A DNA stretch of 64,000 nucleotides from assembly GCA_022813865.1 (NCBI GenBank), contig JALDZX010000067.1:1-64000 (forward strand), given 5' to 3'. Origin of the DNA: Xylographa opegraphella. Lineage: Eukaryota. Under the pieces are notes generated by a model. That model ran no database searches, was not told the DNA's origin, and was given only the letters and a program-made list of their open reading frames with translations. The translations under genes and the position numbers were made by a program. Positions 27,042 to 39,614 of this stretch are shown one piece after another. Each line of letters starts with the position of its first letter. The stretch's first letter is position 1.

Positions 27042-29721
27042 ATGACGGAGATCGATATCGCTCCAAGCTTTGGAGTAGAACTAAAGGTAGACCGGAGAGC
27101 TTACTATTATATTACTCCACTGACTCTATCTCTCGCAGGATGGGTTCAAACCGGTCAATGCCTGGGTAAGCCCGATGGTTGATGTTATTCTGACAACGTT
27201 CTCATCTCTGCGCAGGTGTCAAATGGCATCTCCTGGATTGATGATATTCAACAATTTTATCGGGAAAGAAGCGTGGTGGAAAAAGAATACAGTTCGAAGC
27301 TTGCCGCGCTGGCGAAAAGGTACTACGAGAAGAAAGCCAAGAAATCAGGGAGCCTAAGTGTGGGTGATACTCCGACTTTGACACCTGGATCATTGGAGAG
27401 GTGTGAGGAATTCATACTGCAAAAATAGAGTCCGTTCATATCTGATGGTCCACAGCGCCTCCCTTACGACATGGACAACCCAGCTTTCGACACTTGAGCG
27501 GCGTGCCGCTGAACATGATCGTTATTCTGCAGAATTGGTCATGCAAGTCTCAGAGCCCCTAAAGAATATTGCGACGCGATATGAGGAGTTGCGGAAGAGC
27601 CATGCCGAATTTGCTTCTAAACTAGAAAAGGAGAGAGACGCTGCATACAGTATGTGCATCCCAAAGTTCGACATCTAATTATGGTTAACCAGTATGAAAG
27701 CCGCGCTCAAGAGAACTAAGGGCCAATACGATGGTTCCTGTCAAGAGGTCGAAAGTCGTCGGAAAAAGATAGAGTCCAGTTTTGACATGAGGTACTTCCA
27801 GACGACTACTTAGTTCTACCAGTAACTAACGATAGCACAGCAAACAAAAAGCTCAGAACGCCTATCAACAACAGATACTGGATATGCATAATGTTAAGGT
27901 CAGCGGCCACATGATGCCAGTAATAATAGACACTAAGCTCGATATGTAGAATACTTATCTTATTAGCATCAACGTTACAGTAAGTCCAGTGCTACGAGCG
28001 GGATCCTCGGCTGATACTGGTCAGAACAAACAGAAACAGAAATATTATCATGAATACCTGCCGGACCTGCTAGATGTGGGTTGTCTCTGATTATCTCTGC
28101 TGTTTCTCCGTACTCAAGTATTTTCAGAGTCTTCAAGATCTTTCCGAAACCCGAACAAGCCAGCTTAATTCTATCTGGTCCCATGCTGCAAAATTAGAAA
28201 GTGAGACGCTATCTCGAAGCGTCGACCACATGAAATATTTAAGTTCTGAGATACCTCGAAATGATCCACGACTGGACTCTATGATGTTTGTAAGACATAA
28301 CGCAGCAGCATGGCAAGAGCCTGCAGATATGGTATTTGAACCCTCGCCTGTCTGGCATGATGACTCTTCCATGGCCGTCGACGAAACGGCTAAGATCTTT
28401 CTTCGAAATATCTTGGGAAAGAGCAAAGGTCAAATAAGTGAATTAAGAAGAGAAGAAGATGCTAAAAGAAAAGAACTCGCAAGGGCTAGAGAAATTCGAA
28501 AGCTTGTTCGAGAAGGACGAGACAAAAGAGATGAGCTGGAAGTGGTCCGAGGTACATTTATAGTACAGGGCGATCTCCAAGACATTGAGCGAAAGCGAAT
28601 AACGGCAGAGGTGGAGACCTCAACCATCACTTCAGTCGTCGGGGACATTTCATTAGGTGCTCAGAACCATAATTTTAAATCGCAAACATTTAAGATACCG
28701 ACGAACTGCGATTTGTGCGGAGAGAGGATATGGGGCCTGTCGGCGAAAGGGTTTGATTGTCGGGACTGTGGCTATACATGTCATAGTAAATGTGAGCTCA
28801 AAGTGCCAGCCAACTGTCCTGGGGAGCAGTCTAAGGATGAGAGAAAAAAGTTGAAAGTAGAGAGACAAGCTTCAGCAAACACGGCGCCGCAACCTCAGAC
28901 CAATGGAGGACCACCGGATGGGGTCACTGAACTGCCCGCTTTGAGTAGGAGCAATACCATGAACTCCTTGAGCTCCGGCTATGCTGCTAGTGCTCATCGA
29001 TCTGTATCTGGAGCTGGAGCTCGAGCTACTGAGGACACAAGGCAAGAGCCCAAGATAGTTTCCAGTAAACCTGCAAATACACGAAAAAATCGCGTTGTGG
29101 CACCACCTCCTACGCAGTATGTCAGCGAACTCCCCGCTAGCGGGATCAATGGTGGCGGCAATTACTCGTCTCTGAAAAGTACCGAATCACGAGCCAAGAT
29201 GTTGTATCCTTATCAAGCAAGCGGCGAAGGTGAGATAAGTGTTGATGAGGGTGACGAGGTCGAGATTATTGAAGCGGATGGTAAGTCCTTGAAACTTGTC
29301 AAGTCTTCCGAAACATGTCCTAAATGATCCTATAGATGGCTCTGGCTGGATAACTATACGCTTTTCAGGCGCTTCTGGCATAGTCCCCGCTGCCTACATC
29401 GAGACACTTCCTCATACACCTACATTCTCGGAGAGACCAAACTCGGCCTACTCGAACTCCTCCGCGTCACTTTCTAGCAGTATACATGCTGCTGGTACCA
29501 CTAAAAAGAAGGGGCCCGCTGTAGCACCAAGGAGAGGTGCGAAGAAGCTGAAATACGTTGAAGCACTATATGCTTACGAAGCACGGACGGACGCCGAGTG
29601 GAGCATGGCTGAAGGGGAAAGGTTTGTGCTCATCAACAAAGATTCTGGAGACGGGTGGGCCGACGTAGAGAAAAGTGGGCAAGTCAAGAGCGTGCCGGCA
29701 AACTACATACAAGAAGTATGA
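27042..29721 (+). CDS. BZZ1: F-BAR + C1 + 2xSH3 actin polymerization protein Bzz1
   Basis: F-BAR (FYRERSVVEKEYSSKL); C1 zinc finger HNFKSQTFKIPTNCDLC...CRDC...CH..C; two SH3 domains (MLYPY/GSGW, ALYAY/GDGW/VPANY); many short introns. Confidence 0.95.
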
Positions 29722-30381
29722 CGGAATGATAACGAGCATGATTTATCATTCCTGTTCGGATCTCCACATGCATTGGAACTTCAGCCGGAAGGGTTTGGCG
29801 GCTTTTTGAAGACTTTCGGACGTGATTGTGTGCGGTTGTGAAATTACAACTGCAGGACTGGATTCGTACAGTTCAAGGAATTTTGAAGATAAGACTCAAG
29901 CCTGGCCAGATGTTTTCGATCAATTTTTGCATCTTCATGTTAAAAACAAGCTTTAGCACAACCCTTTTCACTAAAGCCATCATCCTCAACCATATGTAAG
30001 AAAGTCTAAATGCTTTATAGCCATTTTAGCATTCTGTATCCGATTTCGGCTGAAGATCGGTGCACACGTCTAATTCTCATAAGCTTTTCGCCTTCACCAG
30101 TCACAGCTCTTTGAAATTAACTCAGCCAACTCCTCCAGCCCCTTCCGATCCTCCTCATCAAATCCATTCGTGACCGCACAATCAACATCAACGATTGCCA
30201 CAACCTAAAGCCCATCAGCCCGTATTGCAGCCATCCTAACCCAGCGCTAACTTCGCTTTCTGTTAATCCGCCCTTCTATTCGCTTCTTGATATTTTGATC
30301 TTTTTCAACAGGAGCGCTTACCGTCCCAGCTACCATCACGGGAACGACAATCTCACTCCTTGAGTCGCCGTCACATGCAAT

Positions 30382-30738
30382 ATGCCCCGGAAATGCCTCG
30401 ACATCTGGCACGAGCTGAGTTGTCCTTGTCGCTGCTGCGGCACCGCAGACACCTTTACCGAATGCAATGGTCTGGCAGGCGACTTTGCCATGGAAGGGCC
30501 CAAGGATCAGCTGGTCGGACTTGTGGGGATCAAGGACGTAGAAGCCTACAGGTGCGAACTAGTAAGTCAGGTGCTCGGCCAGAAGAGGCGAATGGAGGGC
30601 CAACAAACAATGGAGATTTACCTGCCCAATTCACGCTCGATGAAGGCCCGTCAAGAGCTTTGTAGGCATGCCACAGAAGAGAGGCTGTATTGGCTAAGTT
30701 GCTGTCGTATTCCTCTTGTGATGAGCAGTGACTCCTAA
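30382..30738 (+). CDS. Hypothetical small Cys-containing protein (uncertain structure)
   Basis: ORF MPRKCLDIWHELSCPCRCCG with an internal GTAAGT donor and upstream splice-like signals; no homology recognised. Confidence 0.2.
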   Translation: MPRKCLDIWHELSCPCRCCGTADTFTECNGLAGDFAMEGPKDQLVGLVGIKDVEAYRCELVSQVLGQKRRMEGQQTMEIYLPNSRSMKARQELCRHATEERLYWLSCCRIPLVMSSDS

Positions 30739-31301
30739 ATTGAAAACGGCAAGAACGCCCAACTTCCTACTCACCATACCTATGTAACCCCTCGTCAGCG
30801 GATCATGATCTGACATTGGAGTCCAGCGTAAGGGACTGAGCTACCCAATTCCCCTGTCCCTCAAAAAGCGCCGCCGCCTGTTCCATGACCTGGGCGTAGG
30901 CATCCCGCTTCGAGACACCAGGCCGGAAGGTCGTGGCATCAGCATGCACCTATACAGCATGATCAGCAGCCAGAACTTCCAGCCTATATTGGTAGCGTAG
31001 TTGAAAATACTTACCATCGTGGCAGAATTGGAGCAATACGTCGGCGCACGCAGTCCGGCATAAATTCCGCCGCCGATAAAGCTTATCTCCGGGGAAGCTT
31101 CAACTTTTAAGCGCAGCGCTAGCTTGCCTCAGGATGAGAACTGCTGCATTGGCCAAAGGCAGGGCGTGCTATGACTCAAACTCCCCAACGCCGTAGAAAT
31201 ATCCTACGGCCCACCTTCTCTAAAATCCGGATGCATACACAAATTCAGATTGTAGGATACTTCCTACAATTGTGTACCGCAGAACCTCAAGTACCGCAGC
31301 C

Positions 31302-32210
31302 ATGTCATGTCCACAATGTGCCGTCGGCGCCCTGCACACAGGAACGCCGGAAGGTTGCATCGAAACCGTTCACGGGCTCCCTACCTACATCGCCGATCCG
31401 CCTGCAGGTCAGGAGCAAAAAGGAATTATTGTTTTCCTACCAGATGCCTTTGGCTTACAATTAGTCAACAATAAGCTTCTAGCCGACAAGTATGCTCGGA
31501 GAACAAACGCACGTGTCTACTTGCCAGACTTCATGAACGGGCACTATCTTGGAGCACACATGTTCGACGTGATGGACGTGGTTTTGAAGAAGAACGGCAC
31601 GTGGGTGGATACCTTCCGGAAAGTGTAAGCCACATGTATAAACTGTTATGGGCATTCCTAGCAAAAGCTGACAGGAATCTCCAGCCCCGCCGTCTTCCAG
31701 GCCATTTACAATGCCGTTCCATTCCGCTTCTTTAACCGCGCGTCCGTCTCCAAGCCTAAAGTCCTCAAATTTTTCCACGACCTCCGCGCCAACGAAGCTG
31801 CCTCGCAGCCCGTCGGCGCCGCCGGATTTTGCTGGGGCGGCAAATGGGTGTTCATGCTCTGTGCAGACCATGAAAAAGCAGCCAATGGAAAGAGTCTCAT
31901 CGACTTCGGATACACAGCGCATCCAAGCGACTTGGTAATGCCGCAAGATGCTGAGGCTGTAAAACTCCCTCTGAGTGTCTGTTGTGGTGACAACGACGCG
32001 GTATTTGGTTTGAAGAAGCTTCAGCAGTGTAAGGAGATTTTGGAGGCAAAGGATAAGGATAAGTTTGAGGTGGTGATTGTACCCGGGGCGACGCACGGCT
32101 TTGCAGTAAGAGGCAGTCCGCTTGAGAAAAATGCAATCGAGAACGGAAGGCAGGCCGAGCAGCAGGCGGTGGATTGGTACAATAAATGGTTCGAGAAAAG
32201 CAAGATATGA
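31302..32210 (+). CDS. Dienelactone hydrolase family protein
   Basis: MSCPQCAVG start, LPDAFG, GFCWG nucleophile motif, TAHPS, HGFAVRG; one intron from about 31624. Confidence 0.93.
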
Positions 32211-32376
32211 CGGTTGTTAACTCGAAAGCGGCTATAAAACTCTCATTAAGCATAGGTCAGCCCTTTAATAGCGAAACAGTGGTGCAAAGCTTTCACGAAT
32301 ATATCACTATGAATGGAACAGATCCCACTGGTGGTCCTTCTATGTGAATGTTCGCGGCAACATTGCCCATGTTCTT

Positions 32377-32856
32377 TCAATTGAGTTCCTCGTCCAATTT
32401 TGATTCCTCGCTTAGACTTTCAAGCGCTGCTCTTAGCTCGCTCGTTGACATAAGCCCTTTCAGTTCCCAATGTATTCCATTCAACAAATCCATCGTCTTC
32501 AGTTCTTGAGCTTTTATTTCTTGCTCGTTGCAGAGTAGTGTCTTCGAACGCAACGAAGCAAAAGCCCTCATGATCGCAGGCGCCACATGGACCGTAAGCG
32601 GCGGATTGACTCCAGATGGTAGTCGGAAGACATATCTCACCATAAGCTCCATAACATGTATCCCATTCGTCGACCTTGCTTGACTCGCGCCGGTGCACTT
32701 GCAACCTAGGAGTAGGATGCGCAACCGCTGAAATAGGCACCGTGTGTCCATCCATTCGAGTACTTCGGCCGGGGCCCCCAAGGGTCTCACAGATGCATTG
32801 ACATTTTTGGCATGTTCGGGATATTCTGGCCTAGGACGTTTGTTCAGTATCTGCAA
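32377..32856 (-). CDS. Hypothetical protein (probable last exon or fragment)
   Basis: 159-codon open frame without an ATG start; no recognisable motif. Confidence 0.2.
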   Translation of the reverse strand: MQILNKRPRPEYPEHAKNVNASVRPLGAPAEVLEWMDTRCLFQRLRILLLGCKCTGASQARSTNGIHVMELMVRYVFRLPSGVNPPLTVHVAPAIMRAFASLRSKTLLCNEQEIKAQELKTMDLLNGIHWELKGLMSTSELRAALESLSEESKLDEELN

Positions 32857-33689
32857 AAGCTCACCAGTCTTCCAAATGGGGCAATCACGGTAGCAGCCCC
32901 ATTTGGATCTATTTCCATTCGATATGCGTCATGACGTCGATGATTTGGCCTACGAAGTTATAATGGCTCGTATGTGCTGTGGTTAAGTCTGCTGAACAGG
33001 TTCTCGGAGCGAACATCCTGCGTGTCATGGACAATTCCACGTTCCCATGGCTTCCTCCAGACCGTCGACACGCACTGTGTGAGAGTGCAGGACTGGTGTT
33101 CGCAGAACAGTTGACTTCGTGCTGTCCAACCAATTCCATTATCATTGATGCCTTTAGATATGGTACGGTGCAGCTTACTCCTCACGTTCGCTGGAGAGGT
33201 ATAGGGTTTGACCCAAAATGGCTAGCGTGGTTTTGTGAGGCTGTTCTATGGGAGCAGGTTCTTCGCACTTTAAGGTACCTTACTACCTCCCTTAGTTGAG
33301 GTAGAATCCATCCTTCTGCACCCTTAAGGTAAGCACTGCCTCATGCAGCTGGCCGTTAGTCCTCTCTTCTCGGAGTAGGTAAGCTGATTAGTCACGGGAT
33401 TGGCCCCTCGAACGCCGGCCGGAGTTGAGCTGCGGAGTCTGATGTAGTAAGCAGGTTTGGTGTTCGAATCAAAGGCGGAAATGCAAAAGGCGTCTGGGGA
33501 GCTACGCCGCATATTGTTCATTGTTATATATAGTCCCCAGTCTCATGGCTTTACATGAGATTGTGTTGTCACTCTATCTTCATGATCCTGACTGAGCTTG
33601 TGATTCGACCTTGTACAAAAAATAGCAGTACTGCAAGACTTTTTCCGCGCCTTTCTCAATTCAACAAGCACTTTTATTCCAAATCGATC

Positions 33690-34688
33690 ATGCCCGGCAG
33701 ATACACCGAAGCGCATAAGCCTGAGAATCTTGGAGGACCCATTGACGCGCGGCCCAGTGCCCTGCAGATCATCAAAGATGAGGGTCTTGAAGGGAAGATG
33801 ACGGACAAAGTCTTCATTGTTACTGGGGCCTCCGCAGGAATTGGAATCGAGACAGGCCGTGCGCTGGCCGCAACAGGCGGAAGGGTGTTCCTCACAGTGC
33901 GGGATCTGAAAAAGGGAGCAGCTGCATGTGAATCGTACCTCGAACCTGGCCGTGTTGAGTTGCTGGAGATGGACAACAGCTCCTTGGCAAGCGTCCGCGC
34001 CGCTGCCAGAACGTTCTTGGGCAAGAGCAACAAGCTCAACGTCTTGGTCAACAATGCGGGTATCATGGCCGCTCCCTACGCGAAAACGTCAGATGGATTT
34101 GAATCACAGTTCGGCACGAATCACCTGGCGCACTTCCTCTTCTTCTGCTTGTTGAAGGATACTCTGATCGCCTCGTCCAGTCCACAGTTCCAGTCGCGCG
34201 TTGTGAATGTCTCATCTTCGGGTCATATGAGTGGAGAAGTCCAGTTCGACAACTATGCATTCGAAAGCGGCAACTACACGCCATGGGCAGGCTATGGACA
34301 ATCGAAGACGGCAAACATCTACATGGCGAACGAGATCGAGACACGGTATGGATCGAAGGGACTGCATGGGCTGTCTTTGCATCCGGGAGGAATCTGGACC
34401 GGGTTGCAGAAGTTTGTTCCGGCGGAAACGATGAAAGAATGGAAGGCTCGGCCAAATGTGGAGAATGTTCTGAAAAGCCCGGAGCAAGGCGCTGCGACGA
34501 CGGTGTTGGCCGCGGTGGGCAAGATGTATGAGGGTAAAGGCAGACTTTACTTGGAGGATTGTGACACGGCAGGTGCGATTAAAACGAGCGATGATGACGG
34601 TTATAGCGATTATGCCTTTGACACGGAGAAGGAGGCAAAATTATGGAAAGACTCGTTGAAAATGGTGGGATTGCCGGAGGAGATCTAA
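33690..34688 (+). CDS. Short-chain dehydrogenase/reductase (retinol-DH/WWOX-like)
   Basis: TGASAGIG, NNAG, FGTNHLAHF, VSS, YGQSK and LHPG motifs. Confidence 0.95.
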   Translation: MPGRYTEAHKPENLGGPIDARPSALQIIKDEGLEGKMTDKVFIVTGASAGIGIETGRALAATGGRVFLTVRDLKKGAAACESYLEPGRVELLEMDNSSLASVRAAARTFLGKSNKLNVLVNNAGIMAAPYAKTSDGFESQFGTNHLAHFLFFCLLKDTLIASSSPQFQSRVVNVSSSGHMSGEVQFDNYAFESGNYTPWAGYGQSKTANIYMANEIETRYGSKGLHGLSLHPGGIWTGLQKFVPAETMKEWKARPNVENVLKSPEQGAATTVLAAVGKMYEGKGRLYLEDCDTAGAIKTSDDDGYSDYAFDTEKEAKLWKDSLKMVGLPEEI

Positions 34689-35705
34689 ATACTAGAGCTT
34701 GCCTTCGAGTGCCTGTCACAACGACCTGAGATCCACCAAGGTGGATTTCCATAGCCAGTTAAATGCAATACGCGTTTGCCAATATCTGCTACAAATTCAT
34801 GTGTTATTTCAGGATTTTGCGACCATAACCTTGCGGGTATGTATAACAGTATATGGCGGTCCCATTCACGGACGCTCTTCAAGATTCAACCATCCCCCTA
34901 TATATGTGCCCTTACAACGCCGTCCGTGACTGTTACATGTTTCGGTAATCGGTGAGCTCTTCGTCGTCCAAATGCAGCAGCGAATGATCCTGTCCGATTG
35001 GCGTAACAACGCAAGCGAGTGGTGGCCTATGGGCCTGCCGTTGCGGCTCAACCTGAAGCATTGGAAACCGGATCATCCAAATTTGCGAGGCTCGTCTCAT
35101 ATTCTGAGAAAATGAGATTGTCCCTAGAGCTGGGTCGCCGAGCAGAATACACCGATACCGGACTGATGCATAAAGGTGGGTAGATACTCCAGAGTACGAA
35201 GTAGTCTACCTATCATAAAACAAAAGCCGAGTGTCAAGACTTTAGCAGCACTCGATCGCCACGACCGGGGGGAGCACACTGATCGGTGACAGCGACACGA
35301 CGCCCCTTTGGCGAGCGAGCGGCGAAGTCTTTTCTTAGATCGTGGGGCCGACGGAAGGGTCCTTTCGACGCCTTCGACATCCTTCCCAAGTTCCCACCCG
35401 TCGATCCTTCCCTAGTCCCACACCCCTAAAACACCCCAGCGCCTCTCCTTTTCACCTCTCCCGTGCTACCCGTGCCATTCTTAGGGGCTTCACGTCGTGT
35501 TCTGGTTTTCAACTCTTTTCTTTCCGTCACTCATCATCCATCGTCAATCGTTGCTTCACTATTTACTCTAGTAATTCTTGATTCCATCACCCGCTCCCTC
35601 ACTCTTTTGGGAACTTCTGCCTTTTACCTTCATTTTCTTCCTGTCGACTTCGTCTTAGTACCTTTCACTCCACCACCGCCTTCTATCGTACCTTACTTGG
35701 TCACG

Positions 35706-37226
35706 ATGAAGGGCTTTAACTCCATACTCGCTGCTTCCGTGGGTCTCAATGCCGTTGCTACCTTTGCAAGCGTTCTTGCTCCACGACAATCAAGTCTGCC
35801 AACTGTCTCCGTCAAGGGAAATGCTTTCTTTGCTGGAAACGATCGATTTTACATTCGCGGCATTGACTACCAGCCAGGTACAGCTGCACCTCCAAGTATC
35901 CATCAGTCCGCGTAATCAGGCTGATCTGTGCTGTGTTAGGTGGCTCCTCTCAACTTGCGGACCCCATCGCCGATGCTGCCGGCTGCGCTCGCGATATCCC
36001 AGAGTTCACCAAGCTAGGAATCAATGCCGTTCGAGTATACTCGGTGGATAATTCTGTCAACCATGATACCTGCATGAACGCTTTAGAGGCAGCAGGTATC
36101 TATCTTATCCTCGACGTCAACAGTCCACTCTATTCCATCAATCGTCAAGATCCCGCGCCATCATACAACGCGATGTATCTGCAGAGCATATTTGCAACTA
36201 TCGATGCGTTTGCAAAATATTCAAACACGCTTGCCTTCTTTTCTGGTAATGAGGTCATCAACGAGACTACTGCGTCAACTGTTACTGCGCCTTATGTCAA
36301 GGCTGTTACGCGTGATATGAAGCAGTACATGGGAGACCGTGGTTACCGAAAGATCCCCGTGGGTTACTCTGCTGCAGATGTGACCACCAACCGCTACGAG
36401 ACCGCCGAGTACATGAACTGCGGTACGGATGACGAGCGAAGTGATTTCTTCGCTTTCAATGATTACTCTTGGTGTGACCATTCCACCTACACACAGTCTG
36501 GTTGGGACCAGAAGGTTGCACTATTCAGCAACTACAGCCTTCCCATCTTGTAAGCAGCATTCAGCCAGTTTTATGACATTATCACTTTCGTGGCTGACAT
36601 CTCCGATCAGTCTCTCCGAGTATGGTTGCAACACAAACACTAGAAATTTCGAGGAGGTAGTTTCGCTTTATGGCTCCGACATGACCCCTGTCTACTCCGG
36701 CGGACTTGTCTACGAATACTCCCAAGAATCGAATGACTACGGTCTCGTCAACATCAACGGAAACTCTGTTAGTGAACTTGCTGATTTTGCTGCCCTCCAG
36801 TCCGCCTACAAGAATACTCCTCTACCGACTGGTGACGGAGGCTACAAATCCTCCGGTAACCCCAGCCAATGCCCAGCCCAGTCGTCCACATGGCTTCCGG
36901 GAAACGACGCTCTCCCAGCCATCCCTGATGGAGCTATCCCATATCTGAGCAATGGCCCTGGAGCAGGGACAGGACTCAAGGGCAATGACGGTGCCGGATC
37001 TCAAAATGCCGGCGGTGCCAGCACTGGGACCGCCACTGCTGGATCTGGTCAGGTCACCGCCACTGGAGCCGCCGCCAGTGGAGGTTCAGCCACTGGCACC
37101 GGCAGCGCATCGAGCTCCCAAGGCGCCGCGCCAAGCCTCCACATACCCAATATATCGCTGGCTCCGTTTGTTTGCGGCGTGGTCGTGGTCTTGTCGTCAA
37201 TGCTCGGTGCTACGCTTGTTCTGTAG
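35706..37226 (+). CDS. GH72 1,3-beta-glucanosyltransferase (Gel1/Gas5-like, no X8 domain), GPI-anchored
   Basis: RFYIRGIDYQP, FFSGNEV, IPVGYSAAD, LSEYGC and SGGLVYEY motifs; signal peptide and C-terminal GPI signal; introns 35877-35939 and about 36551-36610. Confidence 0.96.
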
Positions 37227-37737
37227 GCGAGGCAATGGAATGCGTGGGGTGAGAGTCACGAGTATTTACTGTTTGGTGGCATTGGAACCTTTCGAGTCCG
37301 ATTTGTTGATATACGTTGATGGTCGTGTGGGCTCTTTCGCTGTACAGACACTGGGTCGTTAGAAGGAGGGAGCATTGTGTACGGCAGGCAGTATACCTCT
37401 GGTTAATTGGAATATATCGGCATCGAGGGATTAAAGCAGCTTTCTCTCATGATCCTTGAATGGTGAGGTGTCTATAATGCCGAAACAGTCGAAGCGCACC
37501 CCCATCCGTGCTTGAGTAGATGTCTTGTGCTTGACTAATGTTCCCGTGAGGGTCGATCTCGTCTTGGAACAAATTATATACATGTGTACACAGAAAACGC
37601 TTGCAAACGCTCGTTAAACGCTCGTTGAATGCCATGGAGCAGAGAGGCTCTCCCACAGTAAACACCCTAACCCATTCCCCCTCACCGAAACTCCCCACTC
37701 CCAAAGCCTTCAAACTCCCCCATCTCACATCCGAGCC

Positions 37738-39169
37738 CTACCGCCCTTCCAACCCCCTCATCACTCCCTCAAACGCCACCAGCGCCACCGCATTTGCCGG
37801 AAAGGCGCGCAGGAAGCAGGGCACGAAGCCGCGCCAGAAGCCCCGCGGCCCGTCACGCAGCCAGACCGCGCGGGCGGCATCTCGCCAGCCGCGGAAGCGT
37901 CGCTCGCCGTCGCCGAGGGCGCCGCCGAGGGGATCGGTCATGACGCGCTGCTTGACGACGTCGGAGGGGTAGGAGGCGATCCAGAAGAGCTGGGCGGAGA
38001 GGCCGCCGGCCCAGAAGTTGACGCTGGGGGTGGAGAGCGAGGTGTTGGTTGTGAGGGCGCGCGAGAGGAGGTCGTAGGAGCCCCACCAGATGAAGAAGAA
38101 GGAGCGGAAGATGAGGGTCGAGCCTAGGCCGTGGTAGAGGCCTTGAAGGCCGTGAGCGCGGAGCTATGGGGAGGCGTTAGTTACGGAGGAGCTTATGCTG
38201 TGGTGAGGGTAGCGTGACGCGAGATTGGTGCAATATGAGTTGGGTGGCGAGATGTGGATCGGGGATAGTGAAGAAGGGGTGGTACTGGTGCTGACGCGAT
38301 ACGGGTTTGGGTCATATACGCAGAAACACACAAGAGCAGTCACAGTCATTGGAATGTGGAGGCAATGGATATCGGCCACGTAGGATCGGAGTGAGCTTCA
38401 CGTACTATCTTTTTTGTGCAATCAATCGGACCAGAGTAGAGGCGCTGATGCTTGTCTGCAGCATACTGGATCTGCAAGCGGGCTTTGACATGTTCGACAG
38501 GGGCTGCGATGAAGGAGACGGTGAATCCAGCCATGAGACCGGCGATGGCGTGTCCCATTGTGGGCAACCTATGGGTGGGCTGTACTAAGCTCGAATTTGA
38601 GTTCCATATTATGGGGGGTCGGTATCTGCGAACGTTCTCTTGTGTAAAGACGTTTTCGAGAAGGACCCGGCGGTAGTAAGTTAAGGAGCCAAGCATACTG
38701 CAACAATGATCAGAAGTTGTCATCTGTACGTAGAGTGTATTCTTACATCGAGTCCATAAACATCCATCCCACCAATGGGGGTGTTGCTCCTTTGTATAGG
38801 CCTCTGACGCCTTCATTGCGAACTGTCTGCAGCAGGCAATCTACAGGCCCTTTGAACTGGCTCCGGTCTGTAGTTTGCAGGCGGACCTTGATCGTATCAA
38901 ACCTAGTTGTATCAGCGGCTTGTTGGGAATGTAGACTTGTTCGTATCTTACGGGTGGCCGACTGCTCAAAGACAATTAGCACAAACTCGTTTTGTTGTCC
39001 GAGCGAGAAGCCTACCGCTCAACTTCGCAATGCCAGAGAATACTCCTGCGATAAAGCCATTATAGGTCTTGTGAACAGACTTTCGGGCAGGTTGGCCCTG
39101 TCCCAGCGTCTCAATGCTTGCATTGGTGCTATCCGGGTTGGCAATGGAGCTCTTCAGCGTTACGGACAT
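37738..39169 (-). CDS. Mitochondrial carrier family protein (carnitine/Ymc-like)
   Basis: Three PX[DE]XX[KR] repeats: [31 protein letters not shown]; 10-nt microexon 38952-38961. Confidence 0.93.
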
Positions 39170-39614
39170 AAGCCGCGGGAGATGGAAGAAGAAACGAAGC
39201 CGTAGGAGGAAGGTTGGGGCATGAATTAGGATATGCAATATGGGAATTATCAACAGTGAGAGAAAACGCTCAGATTTCTGGTCCAAGCAACTCCAGCATC
39301 AACAATAAACCAAAGAACGACCTCAGAACGCGGGTAGGAAGGGTATTGCAAGTGACTCCTTAGCCAGCAATTATCTCCGATAATGACGATGTCATTCAAG
39401 CATGACTGCTGCAGGGATCAGGCAAATCAGATCTCGGCGGGAGATCGACGACCACAATCCAAACATTGGTCATCAGAGTCTAGTCCAACTGCAGAATGAT
39501 ATAGCCGCAAGAGGAAATGGCGAGTGAATGCATCGTCCCTGTTAAGCATTCTCACGAAGAGCGAACTGTGGCGGGACTCTTCGTTTTCGAGAGTGTTGCA
39601 AGCAAATCCTCAGA

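Noticed and set aside
30718..30813. GTGATGA...CTGA spacing resembling a C/D snoRNA
   Set aside because: No convincing terminal stem or rRNA-complementary guide identified.
31302..34688. Possible secondary-metabolite or detoxification cluster (dienelactone hydrolase, SDR)
   Set aside because: No backbone enzyme, transporter or cluster regulator; these are common standalone genes.
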